A stretch of DNA of 64,000 nucleotides from a bacterium (GTDB lineage: Bacteria; Patescibacteriota; Microgenomatia; UBA1400; UBA12108): contig JAJYKS010000003.1 in the NCBI GenBank assembly GCA_021788365.1, positions 73,810-137,809 of the forward strand, given 5' to 3'. Made by a program: the position numbers and the translations under genes. The notes below the pieces were generated by a model. That model did no database searches. It saw nothing but the letters and a program-made list of their open reading frames with translations, and was not told the DNA's origin. Shown here in pieces: positions 29,335 through 38,420 of this stretch (the stretch's first letter is position 1; each line of letters begins with the position of its first letter).

Positions 29335-29335
29335 T

Positions 29336-29650
29336 TTATTGACAAGCGAGTAAGTTAAATAATGCGTCCGCGATAATCCATTCTTTCTGAGCTGTGTTCA
29401 TTGAAACTACGAATTCTGCAAACGGCTTTCCAGTTACGCTCTCTAGGTGTTTTTGAGCAGCAATTACTGCTTGCGGCGATGCGGCAAACGTAACTTTTCT
29501 TGGAGGTTTACCATCTTCCCCGTTCATGTGGGCATCGATATAGCTGAAGGTTTGATATCTGTCGGGTACGGATGAGGCACAATATTCTATATAGTTAGAG
29601 AAACATGAGGGAATGGGGGGAGTTTGGATGATTAAAATATCGTGGGTCAC
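29336..29650 (-). CDS. Hypothetical protein
   Basis: 104-aa ORF overlapping the recombinase stop. Confidence 0.45.
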   Translation of the reverse strand: MTHDILIIQTPPIPSCFSNYIEYCASSVPDRYQTFSYIDAHMNGEDGKPPRKVTFAASPQAVIAAQKHLESVTGKPFAEFVVSMNTAQKEWIIADALFNLLACQ

Positions 29651-30504
29651 AGTTCGGCGATCTTGATTTTCTTGGGTTCGGATTTGGCTCCGTTTAAGAA
29701 TTCGAGGTATTTTTCAGTGGTTGAGAGTCGCTTGTGACCTACCATGTGGGAGAGCTCGACAATCGGGACGCCAGCCTTTAGTTGTTCGACGACAAAAGTG
29801 TGGCGGAGATCGTTGACCTTTGCCCCTTCAATCCCTGCGATTCTGAAGTAACGGTTCACGGCGGTACGAATGTTGCGAATTAGGAAGGGATTGCCGGTTT
29901 TGGTGACGAATAGCGTGGTGTTCTTGGTGCGAGGACGGTCTTTGACATACATTTCGATTGCGTCTTTTGCTGTCTTATTGAGGGGGACTTTGCGTGCGTC
30001 GTGACTCTCATAGGCACGGACTTTGAGGAAACTTTTTTCTATGGAAATGTCTTGCAGTTGGATGGCTGCGAGCTCGCCGATGCGAAGTCCAGTCTGGAGC
30101 AAAAGCTCGACAATGGCGTACATGCGGATATCACCTTTAGCTGCGTCGCGGAGGGCGCGATATTCTAGGGGAGAGAGGACGCGGGGTGGGGTAATCTCGT
30201 ATTTGGGGTGGGAGACACTGGAAGCAGGACTTGATGCGACGGCACTAACACTAATCAGGTATTTGAAAAATGACTTAATGGAATTTAGCTTGCGGGAGAT
30301 ACTTTTTAGGGTGTATTTTTCGTCTTTAAGGCTTTGTTTAAAAGATTCGAGGTGGTCGCTCGTCACTGCTGAGGCTTCTATTACCCCTTGTTTTCCCAGG
30401 AATTCGATAAGCTGATCTAGATCTTTGGCATAGGCAAGGATGGTCGCTCCGGCGCGGCCATTCTTCTGGAGATATTTGATAAACTCTGCTTTTTGTGGTT
30501 GCAT
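29647..30504 (-). CDS. Tyrosine recombinase, XerC/D-like
   Basis: SAM-like N-domain; TGLRIGEL, NDLRHTF, GHKRLSTTEKY. Confidence 0.88.
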   Translation of the reverse strand: MQPQKAEFIKYLQKNGRAGATILAYAKDLDQLIEFLGKQGVIEASAVTSDHLESFKQSLKDEKYTLKSISRKLNSIKSFFKYLISVSAVASSPASSVSHPKYEITPPRVLSPLEYRALRDAAKGDIRMYAIVELLLQTGLRIGELAAIQLQDISIEKSFLKVRAYESHDARKVPLNKTAKDAIEMYVKDRPRTKNTTLFVTKTGNPFLIRNIRTAVNRYFRIAGIEGAKVNDLRHTFVVEQLKAGVPIVELSHMVGHKRLSTTEKYLEFLNGAKSEPKKIKIAEL

Positions 30505-30596
30505 ACTAGGTACTCGGGGCAGCACGAATTTTTCGTAACTCGGCTAATAATACTATATTATGGGTCATAATGCAATCCCCTGGTGTAGAGGAATAT

Positions 30597-30950
30597 ATGC
30601 GGAAAGTATTCTTATATCTCATTATCTTCTTTCAGATCTTGCTTATTATCTCTCTTGTGCAGGGGATACGGGCGTCTCTCAAGTCGCAGCAGCGAGTGTC
30701 AACCCTCACTGCCATGAGGCAGTCGCTCGAGGAAACTAGGCAGAAGTTGTTGCAGGAATACCAATATGTGCAGAGTCCGTATTATCTTGAGGAGATGGCA
30801 CGGGATCAACTTCATCTCTCCAAGCCAGGGGAAACGGTTGTGATCGTACCTCAAGGGGCAGTTGCGACAGCGTCAGCTGCGCCTACTAGCACAGAACACT
30901 TATACCAGGCTAATTGGCAGAAGTGGTGGGGTGTAATCACGGGAGAGTAG
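30597..30950 (+). CDS. Septum formation initiator (FtsB/DivIC family)
   Basis: TM, coiled coil, EEMARDQLHLSKPGE motif. Confidence 0.85.
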   Translation: MRKVFLYLIIFFQILLIISLVQGIRASLKSQQRVSTLTAMRQSLEETRQKLLQEYQYVQSPYYLEEMARDQLHLSKPGETVVIVPQGAVATASAAPTSTEHLYQANWQKWWGVITGE

Positions 30951-31045
30951 TCGCCTGGAGGACCGTTCGCCCCTACACTGCACAAAAAGTATCTTCCAGA
31001 CGGTTGGTACTCTATTCCAGATTTGTGATGATAAAATAGGAATGT

Positions 31046-31127
31046 GGAGAGTGGGCAGGACGGTAATGCGCGAGTCTTGAAAACTCGTGTCCGTAAGGAC
31101 TAACAGGTTCGACCCCTGTACTCTCCG
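31046..31127 (+). tRNA. tRNA-Ser(UGA)
   Basis: GGAGAGT acceptor, CGAGT-CTTGAAA-ACTCG anticodon arm, long variable arm. Confidence 0.92.
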
Positions 31128-31129
31128 CC

Positions 31130-31187
31130 GAGATAACAGGCTACAGTCCTGAGCTTGTCGAAGGATTCGACCCCTGTACTCTCCGCC
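31130..31187 (+). repeat. 58-bp tRNA-linked unit (duplicated tRNA 3' end with a 25-bp palindrome inserted)
   Basis: TTCGACCCCTGTACTCTCCGCC occurs at 31108 and again at 31166. Confidence 0.85.
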
Positions 31188-31205
31188 ATAAAAGGAGGTA
31201 GCGAT

Positions 31206-31808
31206 ATGCAGAAGACCACACTTGAGGAGCATTCGGCCGGGGGAGTGGTTTTTCGCTATACGCGAAAAACAGGAGATAGGAGAGAGATTCTAGATTCTAG
31301 CGAAGTAGAATTTTTGTTGGGGAAACATAGCGGGTATCACAAATGGGTGTTACCCAAGGGGCTGGTGGAGCGGGGTGAGACGCACGAGGAGGCTGCAGCG
31401 CGGGAGGTAGCGGAGGAGGTGGGGGTGCGGGCTAGAATCGTGGATGTAGCGCCTCTCAAGACCATTACGTATTGGTACTACGCCGATTTTGGGGATCCTT
31501 CGACAAGCTCAGGACTAGTAGGAAAATCGGCAACGGGTGAGGCGAGCGCGCGGCGGGTGAAGACCTATCAGGAGTCGCCTGACTTCGCCAAGGCTACGTC
31601 GGGTAAAAGTGGTGGCAAGGTGCGGGCGCACAAAACGGTGACGTTTTACCTCATGGAAGCGGAAAGTGATTTGGGAAAAGAGGGATGGGAGATGGAGGAG
31701 CGAAAGTGGGTCTCGTATGATGAGGGGATGCAGCTTCTGGCGTTTGATACGGAGCGAGAAGTGTTTGAGGTAGCGGGGGAAGCCCTTCGACTGCGTTCAG
31801 GGTTATAA
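31206..31808 (+). CDS. Nudix hydrolase (Ap4A hydrolase-like) with in-frame palindrome insertions
   Basis: SAGGVV; WVLPKGLVERGETHEEAAAREVAEEVG; AGGAGG RBS. Confidence 0.88.
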   Translation: MQKTTLEEHSAGGVVFRYTRKTGDRREILDSSEVEFLLGKHSGYHKWVLPKGLVERGETHEEAAAREVAEEVGVRARIVDVAPLKTITYWYYADFGDPSTSSGLVGKSATGEASARRVKTYQESPDFAKATSGKSGGKVRAHKTVTFYLMEAESDLGKEGWEMEERKWVSYDEGMQLLAFDTEREVFEVAGEALRLRSGL

Positions 31809-31867
31809 ATTCTGTGCCTCTGGTCAGAATTGTCAGCCATAGGCTGATCGGTCTTTGACCGAAACTG

Positions 31868-31939
31868 TGCTCCTGCCGAGACTTGAACTCGGATTTCATC
31901 CTCCGGAGGGACGCGTCCTATCCATTAGACTACAGAAGC
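31868..31939 (-). tRNA. tRNA-Arg(CCG)
   Basis: Cloverleaf; anticodon arm CGTCC-CTCCGGA-GGATG. Confidence 0.88.
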
Positions 31940-31952
31940 AACCGTTGTGATG

Positions 31953-32024
31953 TGCGCCTGACTGGAATCGAACCAGTATTGGCAGTTCCGCAAACTGCTG
32001 TCCTATCCGTTGAACGACAAGCGC
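31953..32024 (-). tRNA. tRNA-Arg(GCG)
   Basis: Cloverleaf; anticodon arm GCAGT-TTGCGGA-ACTGC. Confidence 0.88.
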
Positions 32025-32056
32025 ATTCGTGCGCCTATTATACCTCAAGATTTGAG

Positions 32057-32596
32057 TTAACTGTTTTCGAGAGGAACTTTGTCAGAAAGCCACTTGCTGG
32101 CACGATCTACCCAGCTGTCTGCGGGCTTCTCGAGCGGAATTTTGTCGCCGATGGCTTTTATAATTTCTTCACGCTTTTTGGGGTCTACGATCATGAGGAC
32201 AACCCCCGGGAGTGGCTTCTTTGTTTTGCAGATCACCATTTCGGTATCCCATTGTTTTTTGAGCCAAAAATTGGTGAACTCGTCCCATTCGTATAGCTTG
32301 TCGTCGGTGCGAATACCCTTGGTGGTCACCTGATGTTTGGTGTCCTCAGGTTTATTTGCGGCCAGTACGTAGGAGAGAAAGGCGAAGGCGATGATGACCC
32401 CTATTAAAAGGAATTCTTTGAGGAGCAGAAGAATCACGCCAAGCAGGAATGCAATGCTCGCGATCGTTGTGTAGAACTCGCGGGTGCGGGCTTTGTATGG
32501 ACGGGAAGGAGCTGTCCACTCGAGTATAACTTTTTCGACCTTTACACTCTCGGGTATTTTTTCACCGTCGGTGTAGATGGGAGTAGGTGAGACCAT
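32057..32596 (-). CDS. Two-TM membrane protein with PH-like C-terminal domain
   Basis: Two hydrophobic helices followed by VTTKGI...YEWDEFTNFW. Confidence 0.7.
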   Translation of the reverse strand: MVSPTPIYTDGEKIPESVKVEKVILEWTAPSRPYKARTREFYTTIASIAFLLGVILLLLKEFLLIGVIIAFAFLSYVLAANKPEDTKHQVTTKGIRTDDKLYEWDEFTNFWLKKQWDTEMVICKTKKPLPGVVLMIVDPKKREEIIKAIGDKIPLEKPADSWVDRASKWLSDKVPLENS

Positions 32597-32613
32597 AGTA
32601 GCAGTATAGCAGA

Positions 32614-33225
32614 CTAGGAATGTATATGTTCCTTGACCGTCGAGATTAGCATGTGGAGTGACGGATCGTTGTATCCTTCAGGGATGATTATGTCTGCGAC
32701 TCGTTTACTGGGCTCTACAAATTCGAGGTGCATCGGACGGACGGTGTCCTGATATTGTTTGAGGACGGATTCGATGGTGCGGCCGCGTTCGGCGGTATCG
32801 CGCCGTAGACGTCGAATAAAGCGAACGTCGGCTTCGGTGTCGACAAAGATTTTCATATCGAAAAGTGGCAATAGCTCGGGGTAGGCGAGGGTGAGAATAC
32901 CTTCCACCACTATGACCGGAGTTGGCTCTAAGCGGACGGTTTTCTCTTCCCTTGTATGGGTGGCAAAATTATAGATGGGGCGGTCAATGGCCACTCCTTT
33001 ACGAAGTACGGTGAGATGTTTTATAAGGAGTTCTACTTCGAGCGCCCGGGGATGGTCAAAGTTGTTTTTTGTGCGCTCCTCGATGGATAGGTTGGAGAGG
33101 TCGTGGTAGTAGTTGTCGAAGGCAATGAGCGTCACCTCGTGAGCGCCAAACTTGCCGACCAGATTCTCGGCTATGGTGGTTTTTCCGGAGCCGGTTCCAC
33201 CGGCTATACCTATTGTGTACGTCAT
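32614..33225 (-). CDS. udk: Uridine kinase
   Basis: IGIAGGTGSGKTT, DNYY, NFDHP, RRLRRD, ERGR. Confidence 0.95.
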   Translation of the reverse strand: MTYTIGIAGGTGSGKTTIAENLVGKFGAHEVTLIAFDNYYHDLSNLSIEERTKNNFDHPRALEVELLIKHLTVLRKGVAIDRPIYNFATHTREEKTVRLEPTPVIVVEGILTLAYPELLPLFDMKIFVDTEADVRFIRRLRRDTAERGRTIESVLKQYQDTVRPMHLEFVEPSKRVADIIIPEGYNDPSLHMLISTVKEHIHS

Positions 33226-33230
33226 ATGTA

Positions 33231-33347
33231 GCGGAGAGTACAGGGGTCGAATCCTTCGACAAGCTCAGGACTGTAGCCTGTTATCTCGGCGGAGAGTACA
33301 GGGGTTGAATCCTTCGACAAGCTCAGGACTGTAGCCTGTTATCTCGG
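33231..33347 (-). repeat. Two tandem 58-bp tRNA-linked units
   Basis: gcggagagtacagggg starts at 33231, 33289 and 33347 (period 58); same unit as at 31130. Confidence 0.9.
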
Positions 33348-33429
33348 CGGAGAGTACAGGGGTCGAACCTGTTAGTCCTTACGGACACGAGTTTTCGAAA
33401 CTCGCGCATTACCGTCCTGCCCACTCTCC
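33348..33429 (-). tRNA. tRNA-Ser(CGA)
   Basis: Identical to tRNA-Ser(UGA) except anticodon loop TTCGAAA. Confidence 0.92.
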
Positions 33430-33491
33430 TACGCTAAAGCTACGGAGAGCAAGCTCTCCTGACTTTATTGGATAATTTTAGCAGACGAAGG

Positions 33492-33962
33492 CTAATACCC
33501 GGTGGGAGGCTTGGTTTTCTTGCCAAGCTGGGGGAAGGGGTGGGATTGAAGGAAGGCATGTATCACGTCTACTGCTTTGAGCAATTCATTTAGGTTACCG
33601 TCGCGCGAAACCACGAGATCCTGGCAGTACTTTTCGGTTTTCGTCCAGTCGTTCTTAAACGTTTGATTTATATCTTTCCATTCAATATCGGCGAGGAGAG
33701 CCGCCGCCGTCTCGGAAAAAGGGACGACGCCGATTTTCATGAGGTAGGCGATAGCAGGATAGCCGAGGTAGTCCTGCCAGTAGCTCCCATTGTCGTTTGT
33801 CATGATAGCCCCCGTTTTGGGGTCGTATGACACTGTGTAGTATTTATTGCGGGAGGAGCTGTAAACTTTTGCCGTGTTTTCTAAGACCTCGATACGTCCA
33901 TCGGCAAGCGCCCCCAACGCTTCGTAGATTTTAATTCTCGGTGGAAGTTTCCAGGAAGCCAT
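33492..33962 (-). CDS. Conserved hypothetical protein
   Basis: KIYEALGALADGR, SSSRNKYYTV, NDNGSYWQDYLGYP look like a conserved family; start at MASWKLP. Confidence 0.7.
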   Translation of the reverse strand: MASWKLPPRIKIYEALGALADGRIEVLENTAKVYSSSRNKYYTVSYDPKTGAIMTNDNGSYWQDYLGYPAIAYLMKIGVVPFSETAAALLADIEWKDINQTFKNDWTKTEKYCQDLVVSRDGNLNELLKAVDVIHAFLQSHPFPQLGKKTKPPTGY

Positions 33963-33985
33963 ATACCTGTATAATACATATATCT

Positions 33986-34068
33986 GGAGGAGTCGCCTAG
34001 CGGCTATGGCACAGCATTGGAAATGCTGCGTGCGCAAGCACTCGCGGGTTCGAGTCCCGCCTCCTCCG
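33986..34068 (+). tRNA. tRNA-Ser(GGA)
   Basis: GGAGGAG acceptor, CAGCA-TTGGAAA-TGCTG anticodon arm, long variable arm; TATAAT upstream. Confidence 0.92.
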
Positions 34069-34120
34069 CCTTTGTTCTTACTTCGGCGGACAGGTCCGCA
34101 GGAAGGGTATAATTAGCGGT

Positions 34121-34744
34121 ATGCAACTTTTATTCGACGCGACCGATTTTGAGGCGCCATACACAAATCTTGTGTTCCCTGGCAAGGCAGAAGATGAAAA
34201 GCTCCTGTATGTGACCCGCGAAGCACCGCTTGTGCTGTCTGTACGCCTTACAACGTTTTTCTTGATTGTTGCTCTGGGAATGGTGGCAGGTTCTATTATG
34301 CTTTCATATACGGGGAAGCTCATCGGATTTGATACGACTATGATCGTGCTCCTCCTCCTGCTCCTTGGTGCCGTTGTTATTTTTGGCGGATTGTGGTGGA
34401 TATGGCAGGTGTACCGTAAGACCGTGTTTATTATTACCACCCGTCGCCTTACCAAATTTATCCATACGACTCCATGGACACGGTATCAGATGTCACTCGG
34501 CCTTGATAAAGTGGTCGACTCTGCTGCCTATAGCAAGGGCTATGTGCAGGCAATGTTCGGCCTCGGTACGTTTGTCGCGCGTTCCTCGGCCGGAAATATC
34601 AAGAACTTTAAGATTGAGAACATCCACTATGCCGAAGATCTCCACAACTGGATGAACAAACTCATGTTTACCTTTAACAAAGAAATAGAGAAGTTGGACC
34701 AAATGAAGCCATTTGTGGCAAAGCCAATGGGGAAACGGGATTAG
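34121..34744 (+). CDS. Membrane protein with bacterial PH domain
   Basis: Two TMs, then IITTRRL...MFGLGT. Confidence 0.7.
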   Translation: MQLLFDATDFEAPYTNLVFPGKAEDEKLLYVTREAPLVLSVRLTTFFLIVALGMVAGSIMLSYTGKLIGFDTTMIVLLLLLLGAVVIFGGLWWIWQVYRKTVFIITTRRLTKFIHTTPWTRYQMSLGLDKVVDSAAYSKGYVQAMFGLGTFVARSSAGNIKNFKIENIHYAEDLHNWMNKLMFTFNKEIEKLDQMKPFVAKPMGKRD

Positions 34745-34791
34745 GTCGTAGCATAAATCGTAGGCTGTAGAATTGGGAGCAGAGGAGAGAC

Positions 34792-36564
34792 ATGGCAACG
34801 GATCAGGTAGAACTCGTCAAAAGTAAAACAGATATCGTACAAGTCATTGGTGAGCGGGTGACTCTTAAGCGAGCGGGGCGGCATTTCAAGGGACTCTGCC
34901 CCTTCCATTCGGAGAAGTCGCCGTCGTTTATAGTTTCTCCCGAGCGGCAGAGCTTCAAGTGTTTTGGCTGCCAAGAGGGGGGTGATGCGATCGCTTTCTT
35001 ACAAAAATACGACGGCATGAGTTTTTTTGAGGCGCTTGAGTCTTTGGCAAAACGGGCAGGGGTAACGCTCGAGGACTACCGTCCTTCTGCAGCCGATTCT
35101 GAGCGGAAGCGACTCCTTTCCCTTCTATCACTTGCAGCAGAGTATTACCATTATCTGCTCACCAAACATGAGAGCGGGAGAGTGGCGCGTGAGTACCTCA
35201 AAAAGCGTGGGATAACGAATGAAGCGATTTCCCAGTTTTATCTCGGATTTGCTCCAGCACAGTGGCGGAGTGTGTCTGACTTTCTTATCAAGAAAAAGCA
35301 GTACACTCCCCAGGAGCTTGAAAAAACCGGTATGGTCATACGGCAAGAGCGGTCCACTGGGTACTACGACCGGTTCCGTGGGCGGGTTATGTTCCCTCTA
35401 AAAGACCACAAAGGGGTGGTGGTGGGGTTCTCCGGCCGTACGCTCTCTTCGGACACAACGGAAGCCAAGTATATCAATTCACCCGAGACTAGCCTCTATA
35501 GCAAGGGGCGAATGCTTTATGGCCTGTGGGAAAACCGCGAGGCAATACGCAAGGCTGACCAACTCGTACTTGTTGAAGGCGAGCTCGATGTTATCCCATC
35601 GTGGCAGGCTGGGGTAAAACAGGTGGCGGCTATAAAGGGGAGTGCGTTTACCTCCGAGCAGGCGCAGCTCGTGTCTCGCTATACCAAGAACGTCGCGATA
35701 TCACTTGACGCAGATGCTGCGGGACAGGAAGCTATAAAAAGAGCGGTGATAGTTGCAGAACCACTTGACATGAGTATAAGAGTTGTACAAGTGACGGGAG
35801 GGAAGGACCCCGGCGAGGTGGCCAGTGCGAATCCTCGTGCGTGGCGGGAGCAGGTTGCCCGGGCAGCTCTTTACTGGGACTTTCTTTTGGATAGCGCAAT
35901 TGCTCGTCATGATCCGGACAGTGGCGAGGGGACGAGTGCCATCTCGCGTGAGGTAGTGCCAGCTATAGCGGGAATTAGCAATCTGGTCATGCGTGCACAT
36001 TATGTTGGTGAGCTAGCCGCGCGTCTTCATGTTCCGGAGACAAGTATTTATGACGAAATTACGCGTCTAGCCAAACGACGAGAGCTGTCGACGCTCAAAG
36101 AAACGGTAGCAAAGATAGAACGGGGGGCGACAAATCGACGGGAAGAGCTATCTTTATATGTTCTTTCTCTGGCGCTGCAATACTACGACGCCCTCCATGA
36201 ATTTTTTGGAGTGGTACAGAAGACTTGGTTTTCCCATCCTGCCGCCGCCAAGCTCTTTGCCGCTTTGACCGACTGGGATACGAAGCAGCCATTTACCATA
36301 CAGGCTTTTGCCACAAAACTACCTCCAGAGCTCGCACCAACGCTCGACGAATGCTACCTCCGAGACCTCTCTATTCAGGCAGATGAGGCAGTAAAAGAAT
36401 GGCAACACAGCAGTGTGGAGCTTGAGATTTTGGCCATTCGTGATCGACAAAAGGCGCTTGCCTCCGAGATTGCAAAAGCAGAGAGCGGTACGAGTGGGGA
36501 GACTCTCCTGCCACTTCAAGAAGAGTTCTCCCGCCTGTCTCGCCGCTTGTCCGAGATTACGTAA
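34792..36564 (+). CDS. dnaG: DNA primase
   Basis: CPFH..SPSF..CFGC Zn finger; KYINSPET; VEG..D; DADAAG TOPRIM. Confidence 0.97.
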   Translation: MATDQVELVKSKTDIVQVIGERVTLKRAGRHFKGLCPFHSEKSPSFIVSPERQSFKCFGCQEGGDAIAFLQKYDGMSFFEALESLAKRAGVTLEDYRPSAADSERKRLLSLLSLAAEYYHYLLTKHESGRVAREYLKKRGITNEAISQFYLGFAPAQWRSVSDFLIKKKQYTPQELEKTGMVIRQERSTGYYDRFRGRVMFPLKDHKGVVVGFSGRTLSSDTTEAKYINSPETSLYSKGRMLYGLWENREAIRKADQLVLVEGELDVIPSWQAGVKQVAAIKGSAFTSEQAQLVSRYTKNVAISLDADAAGQEAIKRAVIVAEPLDMSIRVVQVTGGKDPGEVASANPRAWREQVARAALYWDFLLDSAIARHDPDSGEGTSAISREVVPAIAGISNLVMRAHYVGELAARLHVPETSIYDEITRLAKRRELSTLKETVAKIERGATNRREELSLYVLSLALQYYDALHEFFGVVQKTWFSHPAAAKLFAALTDWDTKQPFTIQAFATKLPPELAPTLDECYLRDLSIQADEAVKEWQHSSVELEILAIRDRQKALASEIAKAESGTSGETLLPLQEEFSRLSRRLSEIT

Positions 36565-36617
36565 TCTCAAGTATCTGGTATACTACGAGACCAGCGTGCG
36601 GTATCATGGAGGAGTAC

Positions 36618-37925
36618 ATGGCAACAAAAAATTCTAAGGCTAGATCACAGAAAAAATCACCGACACGTGTGGCGAAGAAGGTCGCGCCTTTGCGGGCAAA
36701 AAAAGCGATTCCTAAAAGCGTGGCAAAGAAGCCTGCTAAGAAAGCAGCAAAGACTTCAAAGATTTTGTCCTCTAAAACACCCAAAATACTTCCTGCGGTG
36801 CGGCACGCTGCCACCCCAGAAATCCCTGGTCAGGCAATGTCGGACGCACGCCGAAAAAAAGTGCGGGAACTCGTTCTTCATGGTATGAGTCAGGGATATG
36901 TTACCCAAGATGATATCTTTATCCTGTTCCCCGATGCTGAAGATCACATACCCGAACTTGACGATCTTTACGACGAACTTTTGCAAAAGGACATTGACGT
37001 ATTCGAGAGTACCGCCGAGACGCCAGAGGAAGTGGAGGCACGGGCGACCAGTGACCTCGAGAAAGAGCTCGAAGTGTTGTCTACCCTCGATTCGCGCTCT
37101 ATTTCTGACCCTGTCCGTATGTATCTTCGCGAGATTGGACGTATCCCGCTCCTGACGCGCGACCAAGAGATCGAGCTTGCGCAAAAGACGGAAGCAGGAG
37201 ACCAGCGGGCGAAAGACAAACTTACTTCGTCTAATCTGCGACTTGTCGTCTCTATTGCGAAGAAATACATTGGTCGTGGCATGAGCTTCCTGGATCTTAT
37301 ACAGGAGGGGAATAAGGGACTCATACGGGCAGTTGAGAAATACCAGTGGAAGAAGGGATTCAAGTTCTCGACGTACGCGACGTGGTGGATACGCCAGGCT
37401 ATTACCCGTGCCATTGCCGACCAGGCACGTACCATCCGCATACCCGTGCACATGGTGGAGACTATAAACAAGCTGATCCGGGTATCACGCAAGCTCATGC
37501 AGACTCTCGGTCGGGAGCCGACACCCGAAGAGATAGCAGAGAAGATGGAGATCTCTACAGACAAAGTACGAGAGATATTGAAGATTTCGCAAAAGACTAC
37601 TAGTTTGGAGACCCCCATTGGTGACGACGAGGATAGCTATCTCGGCGACTTTATCGAAGACACAAAACAGGCCTCGCCGTATGAGCTTACCTCGCAGCGG
37701 CTACTTCGCGAGAATATTGAAGAAGTTCTATCCGGCCTCTCCGATCGCGAATCAAAAGTGCTCGAGATGCGGTTTGGACTGCGGGGAGCTAAGCCGATGA
37801 CCCTCGAAGAAGTGGGGCGGGAGTTTGGCGTCACCCGCGAGCGTATCCGACAGATTGAAGCCAAGGCTCTACGCAAACTCAAGCATCCCAGCAAGCGACG
37901 CATGCTGCAGGACTACCTCGACTAA
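36618..37925 (+). CDS. rpoD: RNA polymerase primary sigma factor
   Basis: [41 protein letters not shown]; Lys-rich N-terminal tail. Confidence 0.97.
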   Translation: MATKNSKARSQKKSPTRVAKKVAPLRAKKAIPKSVAKKPAKKAAKTSKILSSKTPKILPAVRHAATPEIPGQAMSDARRKKVRELVLHGMSQGYVTQDDIFILFPDAEDHIPELDDLYDELLQKDIDVFESTAETPEEVEARATSDLEKELEVLSTLDSRSISDPVRMYLREIGRIPLLTRDQEIELAQKTEAGDQRAKDKLTSSNLRLVVSIAKKYIGRGMSFLDLIQEGNKGLIRAVEKYQWKKGFKFSTYATWWIRQAITRAIADQARTIRIPVHMVETINKLIRVSRKLMQTLGREPTPEEIAEKMEISTDKVREILKISQKTTSLETPIGDDEDSYLGDFIEDTKQASPYELTSQRLLRENIEEVLSGLSDRESKVLEMRFGLRGAKPMTLEEVGREFGVTRERIRQIEAKALRKLKHPSKRRMLQDYLD

Positions 37926-37963
37926 GTCGAGAGATTCACGATTTAAGATTCAAGATTCACGAA

Positions 37964-38254
37964 TCATTTTCGGCGGGAGCGGCTGCTGCTCTTTTTTGGT
38001 GGTTCGGCGATGAGTGACAGCTTCTCTTTGGCAAATACGAAGAGGTACAGGATCTCGAGTATGCCGAGTGTGTTTATGACCAGAAGGGCGACGAACCAAT
38101 AGCGCTGATCATTTCTCGCGCTTTTCCACAGTGCTAGACCTTTCCACACAAACGTCCAGAGCAGGATGAGGATGAGCCAGCCGCCACCCATGAAAGGTGA
38201 GCCGAGACCCCAGCCGCTGTGCATCATGTCCCAATTGTTCCAGTAGTTCATCAT
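37964..38254 (-). CDS. Small membrane protein (DUF5652-like)
   Basis: WKGLALWKSARN..WF...INTLGILEILY pattern. Confidence 0.75.
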   Translation of the reverse strand: MMNYWNNWDMMHSGWGLGSPFMGGGWLILILLWTFVWKGLALWKSARNDQRYWFVALLVINTLGILEILYLFVFAKEKLSLIAEPPKKSSSRSRRK

Positions 38255-38344
38255 AGCGTCTCCTTTTGCCTCGAGGGCAGTTCGTTTAGCGTGTTATAAT
38301 TTCCAGTGTAGCACAACCGTGCTGGTTGACAATTGAATAACCGA

Positions 38345-38420
38345 TCCCCTGTAGCTCAGTCGGTAGAGCGCCTCGCTGTTAACGAGGATGTCGCAGGTTC
38401 GAGCCCTGCCGGGGGAGCCA
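38345..38420 (+). tRNA. tRNA-Asn(GUU), integration target
   Basis: TCCCCTG acceptor, CCTCG-CTGTTAA-CGAGG anticodon arm, ends GCCA. Confidence 0.93.

Noticed and set aside
30947-30976. GTAG-type REP hairpin after ftsB
   Set aside because: Only one arm (GACCGTTCGCCCCTAC) is convincing and it is single-copy in the window.
31883-32296. 137-aa + strand ORF (and similar ORFs at 28839, 30900, 33056)
   Set aside because: Shadow translations of tRNA genes, repeats or antisense strands of real genes.
33231-33370. 58-bp repeats as a CRISPR array
   Set aside because: The intervening sequences are identical rather than unique spacers, the repeat derives from a tRNA, and no cas genes are present.
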